A DNA stretch of 64,000 bases from a bacterium (GTDB lineage Bacteria; Patescibacteriota; Minisyncoccia; Phycocordibacterales; UBA6065), in assembly GCA_030680695.1 (NCBI GenBank), contig JAUXUT010000149.1:357000-420999 (forward strand), read 5' to 3'. The notes under the pieces were generated by a model that was given only the letters and a program-made list of their open reading frames with translations, was not told the DNA's origin and made no database searches. Shown here piece by piece: positions 9,579-19,108 of the stretch (position 1 is the first letter of the stretch; each line of letters begins with the position of its first letter). A program made the translations under genes and the position numbers.

Positions 9579-10559
9579 TTAAAGAGAAAAATTCTTTATA
9601 GAGTACAGGTCCTCGGTATTTTCATCCTCTTTCTTTTCTTCAACAGAACGGTCATCAACAGGAAGCACTGGTTCGGAAGGAACGCCTGCGGCGACTTCTT
9701 GGGTTAGAGATGGCGGCACGGCCCCTTTAGACTGAACAATGTTCAATATCGCCTTGAGGTCTTCTGGCGAGAAAAAGTCTATGGTGATCTTGCCTCCCTT
9801 TTGTTTCTGCTCGATCGAAACGCGGGTACCAAAAGTTTCGGAAAGTTTTTGTTCCATTTCAAGCATCTCTGGATCGAACATGCGTTCCTTTTTTCGCGCC
9901 TTCTCGACGGCGATTTTGCGAGCGATCATTTCGGTCTCACGTACAGTAAGCCTCTTGGAAAGTATCTCTTTGAAAAGAGTTGACTGCTCTTCAGGTCTGT
10001 CTGAAAGCATAAGAAGCGGTCGTGCATGACCCTCGCTTATCTTCCCTGCCGAAAGCGAGTCAAGGATATCAGTCGGCAAGGCAAGCAAACGTATCGAATT
10101 CGAAACATATTCGCGTGACTTGCCGATTTTCTCGGCGACTTGAACGTGCTTGAGGCCGAATTCAGATACAAGTTGGCTGAACGAACGGGCCCTTTCTACT
10201 GGGTTGAGATCCTCGCGTTGAAGGTTCTCTATGATGGCAAGTTCAAGCTTGACCCGAGCGTCGTCGGTGTTGGCGCGTATTATCGCCGGCACCTGCGGAA
10301 GGCCCAGAAGTTTAGATGCGCGCAGGCGGCGCTCGCCGGATATGAGCTCATACTCAACAACCATGCCTCCGTCTTCTTTATGAATCTCTGTCCTTGTGAC
10401 GGTAAGGGGCTGGAGCAATCCGTACATGCGAATTGACTCGGCAAGGTCACGAAGTGCGGCCTCGTCGAATTCACGACGTGGCTGATATGGGTTCGGACGC
10501 ACCTTGTCGGTGTCTATCCAGAATATCGAGTCTCCAAAAAATTGGGATGGCTGTGGCAT
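9579..10559 (-). CDS. parB: chromosome partitioning protein ParB/Spo0J
   Basis: ISGERRLRASKLLGLPQVPAII is the ParB box, with an HTH and a C-terminal dimerisation region. The true start is the MPQPSQ ATG at 10559; the track's N-terminal extension (…GRDSNPQ…) is the antisense translation of tRNA-Leu. Confidence 0.8.
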   Translation of the reverse strand: MPQPSQFFGDSIFWIDTDKVRPNPYQPRREFDEAALRDLAESIRMYGLLQPLTVTRTEIHKEDGGMVVEYELISGERRLRASKLLGLPQVPAIIRANTDDARVKLELAIIENLQREDLNPVERARSFSQLVSEFGLKHVQVAEKIGKSREYVSNSIRLLALPTDILDSLSAGKISEGHARPLLMLSDRPEEQSTLFKEILSKRLTVRETEMIARKIAVEKARKKERMFDPEMLEMEQKLSETFGTRVSIEQKQKGGKITIDFFSPEDLKAILNIVQSKGAVPPSLTQEVAAGVPSEPVLPVDDRSVEEKKEDENTEDLYSIKNFSL

Positions 10560-10619
10560 ACGGTTGGTGAGAAGAGATACAAGGATTTTATCATACAAAT
10601 TATCTTGAGGAAGAATTGA

Positions 10620-10648
10620 TTGAGAAAAGCTCTCCTTTAGTGTAGATT
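10620..10648 (+). promoter_or_regulatory. promoter for tRNA-Leu(CAA) and the downstream endonuclease (TTGAGA-17-TAGATT)
   Basis: TTGAGAaaagctctcctttagtgTAGATT; the -10 element ends about 10 nt before the tRNA 5' end. Confidence 0.35.
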
Positions 10649-10658
10649 TTGCATGTAT

Positions 10659-10739
10659 GCCGAGGTGGCGAAATGGCAACCGCAATCGACTCAAAATCGA
10701 TCGTCGCAAGACTTGAGGGTTCGAGTCCCTCCCTCGGCA
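10659..10739 (+). tRNA. tRNA-Leu (anticodon CAA), class II
   Basis: GCCGAGG acceptor pairs with CCTCGGC; anticodon stem ATCGA/TCGAT with loop CTCAAAA; long variable arm; T-arm GAGGG-TTCGAGT-CCCTC. Confidence 0.8.
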
Positions 10740-10740
10740 C

Positions 10741-11316
10741 ATGATGCATACGCCCAATACAGCCTATATCGTAGGGGTGGCTCTTGGCGACGGGAATCTC
10801 TCTAATCCCAATGGTCGAGCCGTCAGGCTGCGTATAACGTGTGACAAAAAGTACCCGAAGGTTATAGAGAACATACTGATATCATTGAGAGTGGGTCTTC
10901 CTGACAACAAGGTAAGTCTCGTGTATCGGAATGCTCGATGCCTTGATATATCATGTTATTCAAATAAGCTTGAGAACTTACTCGGATGGCGAGCCGATCT
11001 TGGCTCGAAATACCTTCAAAGGGTTCATGTGCCTTCTTGGATATTCAGAGATCCCTGGCTTATCCGACCATGCGTTCGCGGTCTTATAGAGACTGATGGG
11101 TGTGTGTTCACTGACAGGGGCTATACTCATGTCAACTTCACGACTATTATTCCGGAACTAGCGACAGATATGGAAAGAATGCTCACAATTCTGGGATTTA
11201 CGTATTCGACTCAACTAATAATTGCGAAAAGCTCAAATCGTAAGCCAAAATATGTCATAAGGATTTGCAAAAGAGGCAAAGAGTTCGTGGACGAATTTGG
11301 TATAGACAAAAATTAG
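10741..11316 (+). CDS. LAGLIDADG homing endonuclease, two-motif single-chain type
   Basis: VGVALGDGNL and VRGLIETDGCV are the two LAGLIDADG motifs. The ATG lies 1 nt after the tRNA-Leu 3' end. Confidence 0.75.
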   Translation: MMHTPNTAYIVGVALGDGNLSNPNGRAVRLRITCDKKYPKVIENILISLRVGLPDNKVSLVYRNARCLDISCYSNKLENLLGWRADLGSKYLQRVHVPSWIFRDPWLIRPCVRGLIETDGCVFTDRGYTHVNFTTIIPELATDMERMLTILGFTYSTQLIIAKSSNRKPKYVIRICKRGKEFVDEFGIDKN

Positions 11317-11356
11317 TTTTGCAAATAAGACTCACCACTGATAATACTGCCTATAT

Positions 11357-12265
11357 ATGAAGAAACAATTACCGAAAATAATCGTTGTATGCGGCCCCAC
11401 CGCGACCGGCAAGAGCGATCTTGCCGTGCTTTTGGCGCGCGAACTCGACGCTGAAATTGTATCGGCAGACTCGCGCCAAGTGTACAGGGGTATGGACATC
11501 GGGTCAGGTAAAATCACCGCGCGCGAAATGAAAAAAATCCCACATCATCTCCTCGACGTTGCCGACCCGCGCAAGGCGCGATACACCGTTGATGATTTCA
11601 AGCGCGACGGTGAAGCGGCCGTGGCGGATATTCTTTCACGCGGCAGGCTCCCTATCATCTGCGGCGGCACAGGATTTTATATCGACGCCTTGGTCAAAGG
11701 TGAAACATATCCAGATGTGCCGCCGAACCAGACATTGCGCAAACAACTCGCCAACAAAACTGTGGTGCAGCTCATGGCAATGATCCGGAAACTCGACCCT
11801 CGTCGTGCAAAAACCCTCGACCCATTCAACAAAGTCCGCATCATACGCGCGATCGAAATCGCGAAAACCCTAGGCTCGATTCCTAAAGTCCGACGCGCGC
11901 CAAAATACAATGCCTTCTACATCGGCCTCACCCTCGACAAAGAATCTTTGCGAGAAAAGATACACGTTCGTCTTATAAAACGTATCAAAGCCGGCATGGT
12001 CGTCGAAGTGGCGAAACTGAAGACTTCTGGAGTCTCATGGAAACGCCTAGAGGCTTTCGGTCTCGAATACCGATACGTTGCGCTCTACCTCCAGAAAAAA
12101 CTGACAAAAGACGAGATGCTCGCCCAACTCGAATCAGAAATCGTCAGATATGCCCGCCGCCAAATGCAGTGGTTTACGAAGAACAAAGGCATATTGTGGT
12201 TATCGCCAGCCGAAAAACAAAAGGCTCTCATTTCAGCCAAAAAATACTTGAGGGTGTCCGCCTAA
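11357..12265 (+). CDS. miaA: tRNA dimethylallyltransferase
   Basis: IIVVCGPTATGKSDLAVLLA...SADSRQVYRGMDIGSGK matches the MiaA P-loop region. Confidence 0.9.
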   Translation: MKKQLPKIIVVCGPTATGKSDLAVLLARELDAEIVSADSRQVYRGMDIGSGKITAREMKKIPHHLLDVADPRKARYTVDDFKRDGEAAVADILSRGRLPIICGGTGFYIDALVKGETYPDVPPNQTLRKQLANKTVVQLMAMIRKLDPRRAKTLDPFNKVRIIRAIEIAKTLGSIPKVRRAPKYNAFYIGLTLDKESLREKIHVRLIKRIKAGMVVEVAKLKTSGVSWKRLEAFGLEYRYVALYLQKKLTKDEMLAQLESEIVRYARRQMQWFTKNKGILWLSPAEKQKALISAKKYLRVSA

Positions 12266-13413
12266 ACATTAGGCTTTTTCCGTTTAAGATACTCTTTCCC
12301 TTTCAACTTTTCCGGCAGGAAGCTCTCCTTATCGTATTTCTTATAATCTTTACCTTGCCCGAGCTCTTTCATGAGTTTGGTCGGTGCGTTTCGAATCTTC
12401 ATCGGCACCGGCAGGTTACCGTACCTCTTTACATCTTCAATCGCGGCAAAGTAAGCGTCATGCGAAGAGCGATCCTTGGCGGCGAGGGCGAGATATGCCA
12501 CGCCATGGGCGAGGTTAATGCCGGCCTCTGGCATGCCGATAGTCTCGACGGCGCGAAACACCTCGTTCGCCACCACGAGCGCCGTCGGTTGGGCGAGGCC
12601 GATGTCTTCTGAAGCGAATATGACCATCCTGCGAGCGATGAATTTCGGATCTTCCCCACCCTCGACCATACGTGCGAGATAATATATCGCCGCGTCTGCG
12701 TCACCGGACCGCATAGATTTTATAAAAGCCGAAATGGTGTCGTAATGCTCGTCACCTTTCTTATCGAAACGGATAAAAACTTGTTCGAAAGCAGACTTGA
12801 GGTTGCTTATCGTCACCGATCCGTACATGCGCTTGGCGTTTTCGAGCGCTGTGATGGCGATACGAGCATCGCCGTTTGCGAGATTTGCGAGCCAATCAAG
12901 AGCGTCCTTAGGAATCTTTATCTTGGTTCGCTTCAATATCTTCTTGATTTCGTCTTCTGAAAGGCTCTTGAGCACGAACACGCGGCAACGTGAGAGAAGC
13001 GCGGAATTCACTTCGAAACTCGGATTTTCTGTGGTGGCACCAATAAGGATAAGCTTGCCCGACTCGACAGACGGCAAAAGAAAATCCTGCTGTGCCTTAT
13101 TAAAACGATGTATCTCGTCGAGGAACAATACTTTCTGGCGCTGATCGAGAAGGTTCATATCGTCCACGATACGGCGTATGTCGTCCTTGCTCGCCGACAC
13201 GGCGGACAATTCATAAAAACGTGCGTCGAGGGCGTTCGCGTATATGCGAGCCAAAGTCGTCTTGCCGACGCCTGGCGGACCCCACAGTATGAATGAGAAC
13301 AGGTGCCTGTCCTCGATGGCCTTACGCAAGGGCTTTTCCTTCCCCACGATTTCATCCTGTCCGACGAAATCGTCAAGTGTCTCTGGCCTAATTTTGTTAG
13401 CTAGGGGTTCCAT
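12262..13413 (-). CDS. rarA: replication-associated recombination protein A (AAA+ ATPase)
   Basis: LWGPPGVGKTTLARIYA Walker A, the MgsA/RarA arrangement, and a C-terminal helical lid. Confidence 0.85.
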   Translation of the reverse strand: MEPLANKIRPETLDDFVGQDEIVGKEKPLRKAIEDRHLFSFILWGPPGVGKTTLARIYANALDARFYELSAVSASKDDIRRIVDDMNLLDQRQKVLFLDEIHRFNKAQQDFLLPSVESGKLILIGATTENPSFEVNSALLSRCRVFVLKSLSEDEIKKILKRTKIKIPKDALDWLANLANGDARIAITALENAKRMYGSVTISNLKSAFEQVFIRFDKKGDEHYDTISAFIKSMRSGDADAAIYYLARMVEGGEDPKFIARRMVIFASEDIGLAQPTALVVANEVFRAVETIGMPEAGINLAHGVAYLALAAKDRSSHDAYFAAIEDVKRYGNLPVPMKIRNAPTKLMKELGQGKDYKKYDKESFLPEKLKGKEYLKRKKPNV

Positions 13414-13483
13414 ATCGTTAATACGCAGAATTCTACACTATCTTTGTAAAAGGCGCGGACGATATGTTATGCTCAGCCCGTAT

Positions 13484-13557
13484 GGGCGATTAGTTAAGTG
13501 GCATAACGAGGCACTCCAAACGCCTTGTCGGGGGTTCGATTCCCTCATCGCCCGCCA
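13484..13557 (+). tRNA. tRNA-Trp (anticodon CCA)
   Basis: GGGCGAT acceptor pairs with ATCGCCC; loop CTCCAAA; T-arm GGGGG-TTCGATT-CCCTC; CCA is encoded. Confidence 0.85.
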
Positions 13558-13577
13558 GGTATTAGCATGCAACGAAC

Positions 13578-13880
13578 GTGAACCCTTTCACCCTCAACAT
13601 GCCAATCGGTTTCATTGCCTGTTGGATTCAACGAGATGACGATGTCATCCTCACCAAAGAAGCGAATCATTACGGTTATGTATCCGACGTATACATCGAA
13701 GAAACTTGGAGAGGTAAAGGTGTCTTCCAAATACTTCTACAGAAAACTATCGATCATCTCAAGACGCGTAACGTGCAATCAATCAAACTAAATGTTGTTG
13801 CACAAAATGAACGAGCGCTCGCAGCTTACTTAAAAGTAGGATTTAAATCTGAAGAGATCAGTCTTCGAATGAAAATATAA
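13578..13880 (+). CDS. GNAT-family N-acetyltransferase, N-terminally truncated (C-terminal half only)
   Basis: YVSDVYIEETWRGKGVFQILLQ is GNAT motif A (R-x-x-G-x-G). At 100 aa it is too short for a complete GNAT fold. It starts 20 nt after tRNA-Trp. Confidence 0.45.
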   Translation: MNPFTLNMPIGFIACWIQRDDDVILTKEANHYGYVSDVYIEETWRGKGVFQILLQKTIDHLKTRNVQSIKLNVVAQNERALAAYLKVGFKSEEISLRMKI

Positions 13881-13968
13881 AAAGTGTATAACTCTATTGT
13901 GCTCTCGCGCACGCATCTTACAATTAGAGTAGGTCGCATTATTCGAAAACATAACAACAGCTACCGAA

Positions 13969-14082
13969 ATGGTTCGAAAGACCAAAAAATCCGCTCGCAA
14001 AGTTGTTCGCAAAGTAAAGAAGACGGTCAAGCGAACGGTGAAGAAAGCGAAGAAGGCAAAGCGCTCCTCTAAGCGCCGATAG
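13969..14082 (+). CDS. 37-aa polybasic small protein (hypothetical)
   Basis: Unlisted ORF: MVRKTKKSARKVVRKVKKTVKRTVKKAKKAKRSSKRR. It has an upstream TTCGAA-17-TATAAC promoter-like element and a shared terminator immediately downstream. Confidence 0.3.
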   Translation: MVRKTKKSARKVVRKVKKTVKRTVKKAKKAKRSSKRR

Positions 14083-14094
14083 CCAAAAAGAAAA

Positions 14095-14128
14095 CCGCCC
14101 CAGATTTGTCTGAGGCGGCTTTCTTTTA
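14095..14128. terminator. bidirectional terminator shared by the polybasic ORF (+) and rpmG (-)
   Basis: CCGCCCCAGAtttgTCTGAGGCGG stem with T-runs on both strands. Confidence 0.6.
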
Positions 14129-14281
14129 TTTCTTGCTTTCCTTGAAGATGACGCGCTTGCGGAGTTTCTTCGAGTACTTCTTGAGCTCGATTTTGCGCTC
14201 TACCTTGCGCTTGTTTTTGCGAGTGTGGTAGACCTCGCCGGTCTCCTTGTTTCGCAGAATAATGAGTTGGTCCTGGGACAT
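14126..14281 (-). CDS. rpmG: 50S ribosomal protein L33 (Cys-less form)
   Basis: MSQDQLIILRNKETGEVYHTRKNKRKVERKIELKKYSKKLRKRVIFKESKK matches the L33 consensus Y-x-T-x-KNKRN...LELKKY. The true start is MSQ. Confidence 0.75.
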   Translation of the reverse strand: MSQDQLIILRNKETGEVYHTRKNKRKVERKIELKKYSKKLRKRVIFKESKK

Positions 14282-14324
14282 ATGGGTAAAAATGATGTTC
14301 GAAGATATTATCACGAGGCCACCT

Positions 14325-15479
14325 TTACCGCAAGTATACGCGCGGCAAAAGCGGATTAATACGAGTCACTATCTCGTAATTTATGGTACCTGCTCGCGAT
14401 GCCAGCGCCTCGGCAGATATCGAGGTCTTCCCTTGCTTGCCAAGCAGAACGACCTCGTCACCAGCCTTGACCAACGGAATGTCTGTTACATCAATCACAG
14501 TCATGTCCATCGACACGCGGCCAAGGACCTTTGCAAGCTTGCCGCCGACAAGCACTTCGCCAGAGTTCGAAAGGCTTCGCGGAAAGCCGTGCCAGTATCC
14601 GACAGGTATAACGGCAATGCGTGAATCGCGCGTTGCTTCACATGTGAGATCATATCCGATCAGTGCGCCTTTCGGCACGAGCTTCACTTCGTTCACAATG
14701 GTCTTCCATGACAACACTGGGGTAAGAGAAATGCCAGGTAAGACACGGCGTGAGTGTGCCTCAATTTCTGGTGACGGCCACAAACCATAGATGGCGATGC
14801 CTGCACGAGCCATATCAAAATAATAATCTGGCGAAAAAAGAAGTCCTGAACTCGCAGATGCGTGGGTGATGGGTGTAAAACCTTTTTCGCGCAAACGAAA
14901 AATTACTGATTTAAAAGCCCCCGCCTGCTTGAGCGAATAATCTTCGTGGGCCGGGTCTTCCATCGCCGCGAAATGCGTGTATGCACCTTCGATGATTGCT
15001 TTTGTCTCGAAGGTCTTGCCTTCCATGACACGCACAGCTTGTTGGACTTGAGACTCGGGTATACCTTGGCGATGAAGACCAGTATCGAACTTCACATGGA
15101 TTTTTAAACGCCTGAACAGCTTTGCCTTGGCAAGAGCACGTAGACTGTCGAGGGACGAGATGGTGAGAGATACTCCTTTTTTTGCCGCAGTCTCGTAAAG
15201 TTCAGGCATGGTGAAGCCTAGGACTAGTACTGGTGACTTAATGCCGGAAGTGCGCAATTCCAAAGCTTCAGCGAGCTCGTCTACCGCGATCCAGTCTGCC
15301 CCGCCTTTTAATGCGGCCTTGGCACATTCAACCATGCCATGGCCATAAGCATTGGATTTAACCACAGCCATCATAGCTGCCCTACCAGATAGAGCAGATT
15401 TAAGTACCGCAGTGTTGCGCGCGATTGCGCCAAGATTGACCTCAAGCCATGTACGGTACGACTGAGACTTAATCTTCAT
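14325..15479 (-). CDS. alr: alanine racemase
   Basis: AVVKSNAYGHG is the PLP-lysine motif, within a 385-aa Alr fold. The true start is the MKIKSQ ATG at 15479; the track's extension runs through tRNA-Tyr. Confidence 0.8.
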   Translation of the reverse strand: MKIKSQSYRTWLEVNLGAIARNTAVLKSALSGRAAMMAVVKSNAYGHGMVECAKAALKGGADWIAVDELAEALELRTSGIKSPVLVLGFTMPELYETAAKKGVSLTISSLDSLRALAKAKLFRRLKIHVKFDTGLHRQGIPESQVQQAVRVMEGKTFETKAIIEGAYTHFAAMEDPAHEDYSLKQAGAFKSVIFRLREKGFTPITHASASSGLLFSPDYYFDMARAGIAIYGLWPSPEIEAHSRRVLPGISLTPVLSWKTIVNEVKLVPKGALIGYDLTCEATRDSRIAVIPVGYWHGFPRSLSNSGEVLVGGKLAKVLGRVSMDMTVIDVTDIPLVKAGDEVVLLGKQGKTSISAEALASRAGTINYEIVTRINPLLPRVYLR

Positions 15480-15488
15480 AATATTTTG

Positions 15489-15571
15489 TGCGCCGAGAGG
15501 GACTCGAACCCCCGATGCCCAGTGGGCGGGAGATTTACAGTCTCCTGGAATAGCCGCTATCCGATCGGCGC
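15489..15571 (-). tRNA. tRNA-Tyr (anticodon GTA), class II
   Basis: GCGCCGA acceptor pairs with TCGGCGC; anticodon stem GGAGA/TCTCC with loop CTGTAAA; long variable arm; T-arm GGGGG-TTCGAGT-CCCTC. Confidence 0.85.
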
Positions 15572-15658
15572 ATATGCTGGCAAATACTACTCTATCAGAT
15601 TTCACCAGTGAGGCAAATGAAAAGCCGCCACGTGGCGGCTTTTCCTGGTGACGTCGGA

Positions 15659-18346
15659 CTATACCGCCTTCTCACGCACGACTTCTTCCTCGCCGTCTAG
15701 TTCTTTGAGCTGTACCGGTCTCCTGCCCTTCTTCACGTCAAATGTGAAGTGCTCGCCCTTCATACCGACAGATATTGATCCGCCCTTGCCTACACCCTGA
15801 GATATCATGAAGCTCGCGATCTGGGTGAGAATCTTTTCCTGAATGAGACGCTTCAACGGGCGCGCACCGAACTTTGGATCATATCCTTCTTTTGCGAGAT
15901 ATTCGCTGACGGCCGGTGACACGTCGAGTTTGATTTCCTTGTCTGCAAGGCGCTTCACCACGATTTCTATCTGGATTTTTACAATCTCTTTAATAGCTTC
16001 CGGTGAAAGGACATCGAAGAGAATAATCGAATCAAGACGGTTCAAGAATTCTGGCCTGAAGTAGTCCTTGAGGCTGTCCATAACCTTTGCCTTCACGTCT
16101 TCGTATTTTCTTTGTTCCGACAAATCAGACGAGAAGCCGATTCGTTCCATCTTGTCTATGTACTGCGCACCGATGTTTGAAGTGAGAATAATGACAGTAT
16201 TTTTGAAGTTTACAGTGCGACCTTTGGTGTCGGTGAGACGACCATTGTCGAGCACCTGCAGAAGTATGTTGAACACCTCTGGATGGGCTTTCTCGATTTC
16301 GTCGAATAGAATGACAGAATAAGGGCGATGACGGACCATTTCTGTAAGAGAGCCGCCCTCCTCGTATCCAACATATCCTGGAGGCGCACCGATGAGTTTA
16401 GACGTCGAATGTTTATCCATGAACTCTGACATGTCTACACGAATGAGGGACTTTTCATCGTTGAACATGAATTCGGCCAATGCCTTGGTGAGTTCGGTCT
16501 TACCGACGCCGGTTGGACCAAGGAAAAGGAATGAGCCAATAGGCCTGTTTGGGTCGGCGATGCCTGCACGGGCGCGACGGATGGTGTCTGCTATTGACTT
16601 CACTGCCTCGCGCTGGCCGACAACTCGACGATCAATTTCGCTTTCCATGCGCATGAGCTTCTGAACCTCTTCTTCAAGCATCCTTGAAACCGGTATGCCG
16701 GTCCATTTTGAAACAACGATCGCGATATCTTCTTCGGTGATCTCTTCTTTGAGTATGCGACGAGATGTCTGATTTTTCTTGAGTTTCTTTTGCTTGGCAT
16801 CGAGTTCTTTCTCGAGGAGAGGAATCTTGCCGTATCTGATTTCGGCGGCCTTGGCGAGGTCGGCCTTAAGCTCTGCGGCTTCGGCTTCCAGGCGCAATTG
16901 CTCAAGGTCTTTCTTGTTCGACTTGATGCCTGTTATTAACTCTTTCTCGTTCTTCCATTTAAGTTCGAGCTCTTGGGTTGATTCCTTGAGATCAGCTATG
17001 TCTTTTTCTATGGCCTTAACGCGAGCTTTTGGCGCCTTTTCTGTCTCTTTTTTAAGGGCTTCGCGTTCAATTTCAAGACGCATGATTTTCCTGTGCGTTT
17101 CTTCGAGAAGAGGCGGCTTTGATTCGAGCGAAATCTTCAGGGACGATGCTGCCTCGTCGATAAGATCCACAGTTTTGTCTGGAAGGAATCGGTCTGATAT
17201 ATATCGGGATGAAAGGTTTACCGCCGCGACAATAGCGTCATCTGTGATGCGCACACCATGGTACACCTCGTACTTTTCCTTGAGGCCACGAAGTATTGCA
17301 ATGGCATCTTCGATAGAAGGCTCGGTGACGTGCACTGGTTGGAATCGTCGGGTAAGTGCCGGGTCTTTCTCGATATGCTTTTGGTATTCCTTGAGTGTCG
17401 TCGCGCCTATTGCACGGAGTTCGCCACGAGCAAGCGATGGTTTGAGCATGTTCGACGCATCCATCGATCCTTCAGCAGCGCCAGCACCGACGATTGTATG
17501 TATCTCGTCTATGAAAAGAATTATGCGGCCTTCCGAACGCTCGATTTCCTTCATTATGTTCTTGAGGCGCTCTTCGAATTCACCACGGTACTTCGTGCCG
17601 GCAACGAGCTGGCCCAAGTCGAGCAACATGAGTTCCTTATCCTTGAGCGATTCAGGTACGTCGCCCTGAGCCATGCGTAATGCGAGACCTTCAACGATGG
17701 CGGTCTTGCCCACACCTGCTTCACCGATGAGCATTGGGTTATTTTTGGTACGGCGCGAAAGAATCTGGATGATGCGGCTGATTTCTTTGTCGCGTCCAAT
17801 GACGGGATCTAGTTTGTTCTCGGCAGCCATCTTGGTGAGGCTCTTGGTGTATTTGGCGAGGGCGCGAGGCTTCTTCGGAGCATGAGGTTCTGAAGTTTTT
17901 GCGGTTTTGAGGTCTTCGAGAACGTTCACAACCGCCGGGCGACCGATTTTGAAACGTGCGAGGAGTTCTTGTGCTGGTCCAGGTATATCAAGAAGGGCGA
18001 TGAATAGATGTTCGGTTGATATGAACTCGTCCTTGAGTTCGGCTGCGATTTTAGCGGAGCTTTCAAGCGCCTGGGCTAGTTCAGGTGTTAGATATATCTG
18101 ATACGACTGGGAAAGCGTGGCACCAGCACCTGTGCCTTCAAGGGACTCGGCGATGGAGTCAGAGAGCAATATAAGATCTACCTCGAGCTTCTCGAGTATG
18201 GCGTTGACCATGCTCTCTTCCTGAAGGATAAGAGCCGACAATAGATGAAGTGGATTGACGTGGTTCTGGCCACGCTCAATAGCGAGCTCATGAGCTCGTC
18301 TGATGGCTTCTTTTGCTTTGGTTGTGAAATGATTAAGGGGTGGCAT
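15659..18346 (-). CDS. clpB: ATP-dependent chaperone ClpB
   Basis: Clp N-domain, two AAA+ modules (GEAGVGKT and GPTGVGKTE) and a ~120-aa coiled-coil M-domain between them. Confidence 0.9.
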   Translation of the reverse strand: MPPLNHFTTKAKEAIRRAHELAIERGQNHVNPLHLLSALILQEESMVNAILEKLEVDLILLSDSIAESLEGTGAGATLSQSYQIYLTPELAQALESSAKIAAELKDEFISTEHLFIALLDIPGPAQELLARFKIGRPAVVNVLEDLKTAKTSEPHAPKKPRALAKYTKSLTKMAAENKLDPVIGRDKEISRIIQILSRRTKNNPMLIGEAGVGKTAIVEGLALRMAQGDVPESLKDKELMLLDLGQLVAGTKYRGEFEERLKNIMKEIERSEGRIILFIDEIHTIVGAGAAEGSMDASNMLKPSLARGELRAIGATTLKEYQKHIEKDPALTRRFQPVHVTEPSIEDAIAILRGLKEKYEVYHGVRITDDAIVAAVNLSSRYISDRFLPDKTVDLIDEAASSLKISLESKPPLLEETHRKIMRLEIEREALKKETEKAPKARVKAIEKDIADLKESTQELELKWKNEKELITGIKSNKKDLEQLRLEAEAAELKADLAKAAEIRYGKIPLLEKELDAKQKKLKKNQTSRRILKEEITEEDIAIVVSKWTGIPVSRMLEEEVQKLMRMESEIDRRVVGQREAVKSIADTIRRARAGIADPNRPIGSFLFLGPTGVGKTELTKALAEFMFNDEKSLIRVDMSEFMDKHSTSKLIGAPPGYVGYEEGGSLTEMVRHRPYSVILFDEIEKAHPEVFNILLQVLDNGRLTDTKGRTVNFKNTVIILTSNIGAQYIDKMERIGFSSDLSEQRKYEDVKAKVMDSLKDYFRPEFLNRLDSIILFDVLSPEAIKEIVKIQIEIVVKRLADKEIKLDVSPAVSEYLAKEGYDPKFGARPLKRLIQEKILTQIASFMISQGVGKGGSISVGMKGEHFTFDVKKGRRPVQLKELDGEEEVVREKAV

Positions 18347-19094
18347 ATGGTTTTATGATATCCGAAGCTATGAAGGAATTAGGTGGAGATGAGGCATTTT
18401 TCATACCAATCACCTCGCCTAAGAGATTAACAAGTATGGCGTGGGTGTCAAAAGCCGCATCGCGCACCGATGCCTCGATATATGAGCTGTTTTTGGAAGA
18501 AACTATACCTGTAGCGACGCGAGGCGTTGCTCCCCCACCAATCGCGACGACTGCCTGACCGAGGCTAGCATCGGCGGAATCGGCGAACCGCACGGCACTG
18601 TAAACGCGGGCGTCAAAACGACTTTCAGATTGTTCAGCCGATAAAATAGTGACGCCCGCGTTCGAGTCGTATGACACTGGAAAAAGCGGTACGGAATTTC
18701 CGCCATCGAGTCTTGCCACAAGTGGACCGCCGCTGTTTAGGCCGAGGCGGGCAATGACGCGGCCGGAGGAATTAGCGATGACGCCGAGGCCGACGAACTC
18801 TTCTGTAGATCCCGGCCTTGTTGCAAAAATCCTGACGATGCCTTTGGACGCTATTGCTATTGCTTTGACTACCGCCTCGTCGTCGCGAACAACTATGGTT
18901 TCCTTGGTTGCAGGCGAGTCATCGGACGAGACTCGTTCAATGGTCCTTTCGACCACGCGATTAATCGTCTGTGTGACCGGTGTGCCTGCGCCCTGTTCCA
19001 TAAGAGACACTGTGACAATGCCTGTCGCTATCGAGGACACGAAGCTCACAAGGAGGGCGAGGAGGATGATCTGTTGTTTGTTGAGCTGCTCCAT
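18333..19094 (-). CDS. membrane-anchored divergent trypsin-like (S1C/HtrA-like) domain protein, probably non-catalytic
   Basis: N-terminal TM helix. An LNSGGPLVARLDGG Ser-motif-like segment sits where His is expected, and a second, Ser-less copy of the same region follows (DAAFDTHAILVNLLGEVIGM, compared with HtrA DAAIN-GNSGG-LVNL-GELIGI). The gene overlaps the clpB start by 14 nt. Confidence 0.4.
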   Translation of the reverse strand: MEQLNKQQIILLALLVSFVSSIATGIVTVSLMEQGAGTPVTQTINRVVERTIERVSSDDSPATKETIVVRDDEAVVKAIAIASKGIVRIFATRPGSTEEFVGLGVIANSSGRVIARLGLNSGGPLVARLDGGNSVPLFPVSYDSNAGVTILSAEQSESRFDARVYSAVRFADSADASLGQAVVAIGGGATPRVATGIVSSKNSSYIEASVRDAAFDTHAILVNLLGEVIGMKNASSPPNSFIASDIIKPYATP

Positions 19095-19108
19095 ATAGAT
19101 GAATGATA

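Noticed and set aside
9579-10757. Long N-terminal extension of the parB ORF (…CRGRDSNPQVLRRS…) in the ORF track
   Set aside because: The extension is the antisense translation of tRNA-Leu(CAA). The conserved ParB sequence begins at the MPQPSQ ATG at 10559.
14325-15605. alr ORF extended to 15605
   Set aside because: The extension runs through tRNA-Tyr on the same strand. The Alr homology starts at MKIKSQ (15479).
16779-17669. 296-aa plus-strand ORF inside clpB (with similar antisense ORFs inside infB, tsaD, ftsA, ftsZ, the SPFH gene and the PxP membrane gene: 21574-22164, 54353-55294, 41566-42144, 42576-43238, 24882-25574, 31068-32183)
   Set aside because: These have low-complexity Ser/Ala/Arg-rich translations on the strand opposite to well-supported conserved genes. 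That is typical of spurious antisense ORFs in GC-balanced sequence.
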